From Perkinsela sp. CCAP 1560/9 (Eukaryota > Protista > Euglenozoa: Kinetoplastea), in NCBI GenBank assembly GCA_965644495.1, contig CBFFSA010000001.1:1612001-1676000 (forward strand): a stretch of DNA of 64,000 bases, in the 5' to 3' direction. The notes below the pieces were generated by a model. That model ran no database searches and was not told the origin of the DNA. It saw only the letters and a program-made list of their open reading frames with translations. Positions 59,109 to 64,000 of the stretch are shown piece after piece. How positions within the stretch are numbered: the stretch's first letter is position 1; each line of letters opens with the position of its first letter. Made by a program: the position numbers and the translations under genes.

Positions 59109-60104
59109 CCGTCCGATCCATAATTAAGGAATAACTTCAATTAGTGCAGGGGATTTTAAGAGAATAATTACTGCACTAATTGAATGTGCACTAATTAAAA
59201 GCGGAACTGTATCTCTTGGAAAACTAGAAAAAGGCAGAAAATAATTCGCACAAAATAATTCGGAAGATTAATGGTTAACAAATATCTAGTCAAAAAAGTA
59301 ATTTGCGCACAAGGATTCTGAAGGTGTCCATTCGCGGTTTGTTTCATCCAGCTTACAGAAAAATTCATCCATGTTAAATACGAGTTCTGGGAGAATGTGG
59401 GAATATTTTTTTAGCTCATCATAAAAGAATAAACCAGCCTTCTTCACTTCAGGAGGGGAAACCGTGCGATCGGATGTAGCGGCTCGGACAGTAAATCCGT
59501 TGTCGTGCAAGAATCTGCGTGCCCAAGAGCAGCTTATGACGTAGGGGCCTCCATTCTCAGAAAGAAGTTCAGACCGATCTCTACCCAATATCCCTCGAGC
59601 CATGCTTGCAACCAAGGATGCATCAACAGGTTTGTTTAACACATTGTACATCTTAATGCCATCTAAAACATCATTCTTTTCTGCATCCGTAAGCATATCT
59701 TTTCGGCCACGCTTACCGAAAGGAGCATGGTCTTTCAAAGCATAGGCACTTCGTTCAGACATTTTCTTACCGTGCGTTTGATTCCAAATCTGCATGCTAG
59801 TCAAAACGGAACGACTCTCACAAAGTGCTTGGAATTCACGTACTTCTTCATCACTCCACGTATTTCTCTTTGCTTTGCGCGATGAGCGTTTAGCCTCAAG
59901 TTCCTCCACAAGATCTGCCACATGCCGTGATACGCAAAAATTGTTTGAGGCAAGCGTCGACTGCGACGGGGCCATAGCAGGAAAAAGTAATAAAAAATGA
60001 AGAGTTTCTCCACAAAAAATAAAAAAATTAATTATTGCACTAATTAAATGTGCACTAATTAAATGTGCAATGATTTTTCACCGCAGTAATTATGGATCGG
60101 ACGG
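59109..60104 (-). mobile_element. Internally deleted pogo element
   Basis: TIR CCGTCCGATCCATAATTA; TA TSD; ORF 59286-59975 with CENP-B-like HTH and VFNMDE. Confidence 0.88.
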
Positions 60105-60567
60105 TAGCTTGGGAACCGAATTAATACGCTTTAAAACAGTGCGCTTATAGCGCCCTTTCCTCAACATTTTCATGCCCTTTTCAATTGCCTTTCGCAATTC
60201 ACGTTCATTACTAGGCTTAATAATTTTTGCCTTGATGTTATCTATTAATAGCAAAGGCTTCTCAAACAGTGTCGCTCGAGAAGCTAAAGCGGGTAAGGCT
60301 TTTGCGCTTTCTCTAGGCGAGTTAGAAAGCTGTCGATCTCAGCCCTCGTTATATGCCCGGCACGTCCAGTGTAGGTCACATTACCTACAAAGTGAGTATG
60401 AACGTTGTAGAATTGAAAGAATCGAAAGGGAAGAACATAAAGGGCGGAACGAAACCGAGAACGAGAAAAAATGCTTTTTAGCAGACGCAAATAGAAAATC
60501 CGCCGATGGTGAATCCACACCTCCTTCCTACCGATTTCCATTTCCCGTCGAAGAGTTGCGCAAATTA

Positions 60568-60857
60568 AATCATGTTCCAGTATAGTATACCCATGCCCAC
60601 TTAGTATACCTACCCCCCCCCCCCTCCCAGCAACAGGAGTGGGAGACATCCCATTTTTAGAAGCGACAGAGCAACTTTTCTTGCAATCACACGGTAAAAA
60701 ATCGCATTTTAAGGTCAAGGCACCATTTTTCTAGCAACTACAGATAAGGAACGCGCCGCGAAGCGGCGCGATTTTTTTTGTTTTGCTTTTTAGACAAAAT
60801 TTAGTATACCGTACCCACTTAGTATACCTACTAGGTATACTATCCTGGAACATGATT
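60568..60857. mobile_element. MITE
   Basis: TIR AATCATGTTCCAG.ATAGTATACC; TA TSD; empty site present in the paralog at ~57500. Confidence 0.92.
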
Positions 60858-61212
60858 TAGTAAAAGATATTCGACAATGGGAGAAGTAATACCCAGCATA
60901 CTCAGACCATACAAGCCAAAGATGCGGAAACCGTGATACTATCCCCTAGTTATCCCCTAGTTATCGCAGTACGCTTTTTTCAGCCTCTCTAGCAGAGAGT
61001 ATCTGCTTAGAAATGAATTCCAAAACGATTCTCTCCTCATCTCACGTAAACAACAAACGACGACCACGAACCGAAGCACCCACATTTTTTTTATGTTTCT
61101 TTTATGTTCTTGTAGTATAGAGATTTAGAGAGGACCTTTTCTCGAAGCATTTTAGCGGTAGTTGTAACAATATTTGTCAACGAGTGAAAATCTTCATACT
61201 ACACTAATTCAC

Positions 61213-61715
61213 ATGGAAGATGTGTTTTTTCCACGCAACCGCATAGGCAAAGCGCGCGCAAAACTTCCAGAGGAATATCATTTGGCCCAAGTCTTGAGAG
61301 AAACACAGAACCATCATCCCTCTTGGAATACGGATACTCCCGCTTGCAAATGGGATAAGGTTGAGTGTAAGGAAACAGGCGAAATTTATGCAATTCAATG
61401 GTCTCACCTTTCTCTCATCGGAACTCTTCATTGGATCCACTTATCAAGTTTAAATTGCTCTCATTTATTTCTCCACGACAATGAGCTAATGGGGGAAGTC
61501 GAGCCACAATGTTTACAGTTTAATATTGAGAGTTTTAATGGCCACAATAACGAATTTGACGGTACTCTAAATTTGGAGTATATGCCGCCGTCCTTATACA
61601 CTCTCGATCTTTCTCATTGCAAGATGCACGGGCCCGTCTCGCTAAGTTATCTGTCCCCTGCGGTACAAGCGATATATTTACATGGCAACATGTTCTCGGG
61701 AAGTCTGTATTTAGA
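61213..61715 (+). pseudogene. LRR paralog truncated by a Tc1 end
   Basis: Homolog of 57851-58612; the sequence switches to the Tc1 terminus at ~61716. Confidence 0.85.
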
Positions 61716-61850
61716 GGGGGTCTCTATGAAAAAAAGTCGGCAAAGCTCTTCGCTAGGGGAACGAGATCTCTCCAATGCTGCAAAGATGAGCAAAAACGGA
61801 TCAAAAGAATCAAAATTCCGAGGGGGGGGCAAGATCAACTGAAACCACTG
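61716..61850. mobile_element. Tc1 terminal fragment
   Basis: Reverse complement of 3689-3822, ending CACTG|TA. Confidence 0.9.
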
Positions 61851-62045
61851 TATCTCCTTTTCATTCACTTATCTTACAAATACATTTTTGTGTGTGCCTC
61901 ATAACTTGCGCGCTCTGTGACTTGGGTGCTACACTTGTAGTTCTTTTGTCCCATTCCAAAGGTACTTGTATGACCCCACCCCCATATTGTCCCTTTAATA
62001 CCCGTCCTGAAATTAACCCGTCCCGTAATAACACCACGCACTGTA

Positions 62046-63760
62046 CCGTCACCCCCCCCTCACATATCCTCGCAAGAGTGGAAAAAAACGGCCAAAAGCG
62101 GATATGTCACCTAGGAGGACAAGTCACCTAGTAACGACTTAGAGTGTGAATGTTTTTTCTATTGCGGTTACCCTCGGCCTGCTATACTAGAGAATGAGTT
62201 AACTAAATTTGAGCAATGAAATGAATGTAAATATTGGAAAAACAAACAGTTCTGTGGATGGTATATCTTTGTATCGTCAATGCCCCTGCTTTGTCCCCAC
62301 TTTCGTAGACCCGAATAAACTAATGCTTTACACAGAGATTATCATAATCTTCTCCATGTGCTTCAATTGTACACATATGATGAAACGTTGTTACGCAGCC
62401 CTCCATAGAGCAAACATGTATTGTTGAATTCTGAAGTGATCTTTGTGACCCGTTGTTTGGGATCTTTGATATATGTTATTTGGGGTTTTTGTGACCCATT
62501 GTTCAGGAGCTTTTTGATCGGTTGTTGAGGATTGGTTGTATGGGGATCTTTGTGATCTGTTTTTTTTTGTGATCTTTTCGACCCCTTACTTAGGATATTT
62601 GTGATCGTTTGTTTGGTATCTATGAAGTCCTTATGATTCATTGCACGGGATCTTTTGTAATCGGATGTGAATATTACCTGATTGGTTTGTTTGTTTGTTT
62701 TTTTGTTATCTTTGTGATCGGTTCACTTGAAATTTTAATGACCCATTATTTGTTATCTCGTGTTTGGGATCTTTGTGACCCACCGTTTGTGGCCTTCGTG
62801 ATCTTTGTGATCAGTGCACAAAAAAAAGAAGAAATCCGTAAAAAATAAATAAAAAAGAGCTTATTAAACGTGCGGGTACAGCACGTACTTGCACACCCTG
62901 GTTCCGTATCCCAGCCTTCTTGACGCACGTCGAAAGACGTGTTGCCGGGGAGATCACTCGGATACGGAAACGGGCCCCTTAAGTGGGAAGCATTCTGGGC
63001 TGTGAAATGACTCGGGAGAATTTTTTTTTCTTTCTCTCTCGGCGATCACAGTGCCAGTCAAGCCAAGGCGTGTTTGCTACGCCGAGATAATGGGGAGTTG
63101 CTGTGTCCCTGGGCAGCATACTGTCCAGGGATTAGTAACACCCTCAGTTTCTGCTCCTTGCTCGTATAATTCTCGATTCTTTGTTGGTGGATGATATTGG
63201 TATTTTCTTCCGTACCCCAACCGGACGAATTGCTTCTTTTTGAACAGTTTTCGTACGGTACTGACTTCCAGCTTGTACTCCTTCGCAATGACGTGTTGCA
63301 TCTTACCATTGTCGATGGCGGCACACACATTCAATTTCTGTTGAATGGTTAATTCGACTCTTGATTTTCGCGATGTTTTGGTGCTAGCCACCACAACTTG
63401 GGTTTCATTTATTACACTCGTGGGGACGTCTTCCATGTGAGGCATTACAACAATACCTTCCCCATGCGCACGAACCGGAACCTGTATTTGACTTGCATTA
63501 AAAGGTTTGTGATTCGCTTTCTTGTTAAGTAACATGTTGATTAGAAGGCTGAAAATTTAAGAAACGTGAATATTTTGATTATTTATTGACCTAAGCATGT
63601 GTTGTCAAAACTATTGAGAATAAAATACGTGTGCTAAAATCGTTTAGCACAAAAACATTATTTAAGAACTTCATATCTTGGTACTAGATGACATATCCTC
63701 TCATCGATTGTAAAAAGAGGATATGTCACCTAGGAGGACAAGTGAGGGGGGGGGTGACGG
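62046..63760 (-). mobile_element. Defective pogo/Tigger element
   Basis: TIR CCGTCACCCCCCCCTCAC; TA TSD; HTH LTIQQKLNVC..IAKEYKLEVSTVRK; internal degenerate GATCTTTGTGA repeats at 62430-62815. Confidence 0.85.
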
Positions 63761-63762
63761 TA

Positions 63763-64000
63763 GGATGTGTTCAGCGACCAGTGCCGTTTCTTGCATGTGC
63801 GCTTCTTTAGGATTTCGAACCGACTCTTTCGCTTAACCAAGGTGAGGAAGAATCCGTTGTGTCTCGTACCTTTCTATAAGGTCACATTCCCAATCGCCGT
63901 ATCGCTCCCGATTGGTAACAACATTCGGTCGCTCCTCAATATCGGTGCGATTAGGAATACCTGTACGATTGGCTCCCCGACGGCGACGTTGACCACGTCT
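63763..64000 (-). mobile_element. IS30-family-like transposase fragment
   Basis: Manual translation: GIPNRTDIEERPNVVTNRERYGDWECDLIE-GTRHNGFFLTLVKRKSRF (one frameshift). Confidence 0.8.

Larger units (their letters stand above)
60250..61715 (+). repeat. Segmental duplication of ~57189-58350
   Basis: Repeats the 3' end of the 52273 gene and the following LRR gene. Confidence 0.9.

Noticed and set aside
1-64000. Fanzor/TnpB nuclease or telomeric arrays
   Set aside because: No RuvC plus Zn-ribbon ORF recognised; only isolated TTAGGG/CCCTAA hexamers.

Overview
Eukaryotic DNA, most likely from a euglenozoan/kinetoplastid protist (possibly Perkinsela-like). This is an inference from a spliced-leader relic, VIPER/TATE- and CRE/SLACS-type retroelements, a Merlin transposon, and intronless co-directional genes with polypyrimidine tracts. 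About 1.2-40 kb is a deeply nested graveyard of mobile elements: tyrosine-recombinase (YR) retroelements, RLE-type non-LTR elements, an RTE-like RT, Tc1/mariner, pogo, hAT, Merlin, MITEs and SINE-like structured elements. About 40-62 kb is a + strand gene cluster: a VDAC/porin-like gene preceded by a 433-bp tandem array of its own 5' end, SmG, LRR paralogs and a 1752-aa helical-repeat protein, with MITEs and local duplications. An IS30-like fragment lies at the right edge. Main observations: (1) a family of retroposed, highly structured small RNAs sharing a covarying 3' module, one carrying a tandem array of three ~60-nt covarying hairpins; (2) a conserved -1 frameshift signal plus an overprinted RT reading frame running through the whole YR gene in VIPER-like elements; (3) a tRNA-headed SINE; (4) a 2A-like motif in a CRE-like retroposon; (5) a GCGAAGC mini-hairpin + T-run shared by unrelated DNA transposons; (6) abrupt C-to-G skew switches inside two genes. 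All calls come from reading motifs by eye; no database search or folding program was run, and many boundaries are approximate.
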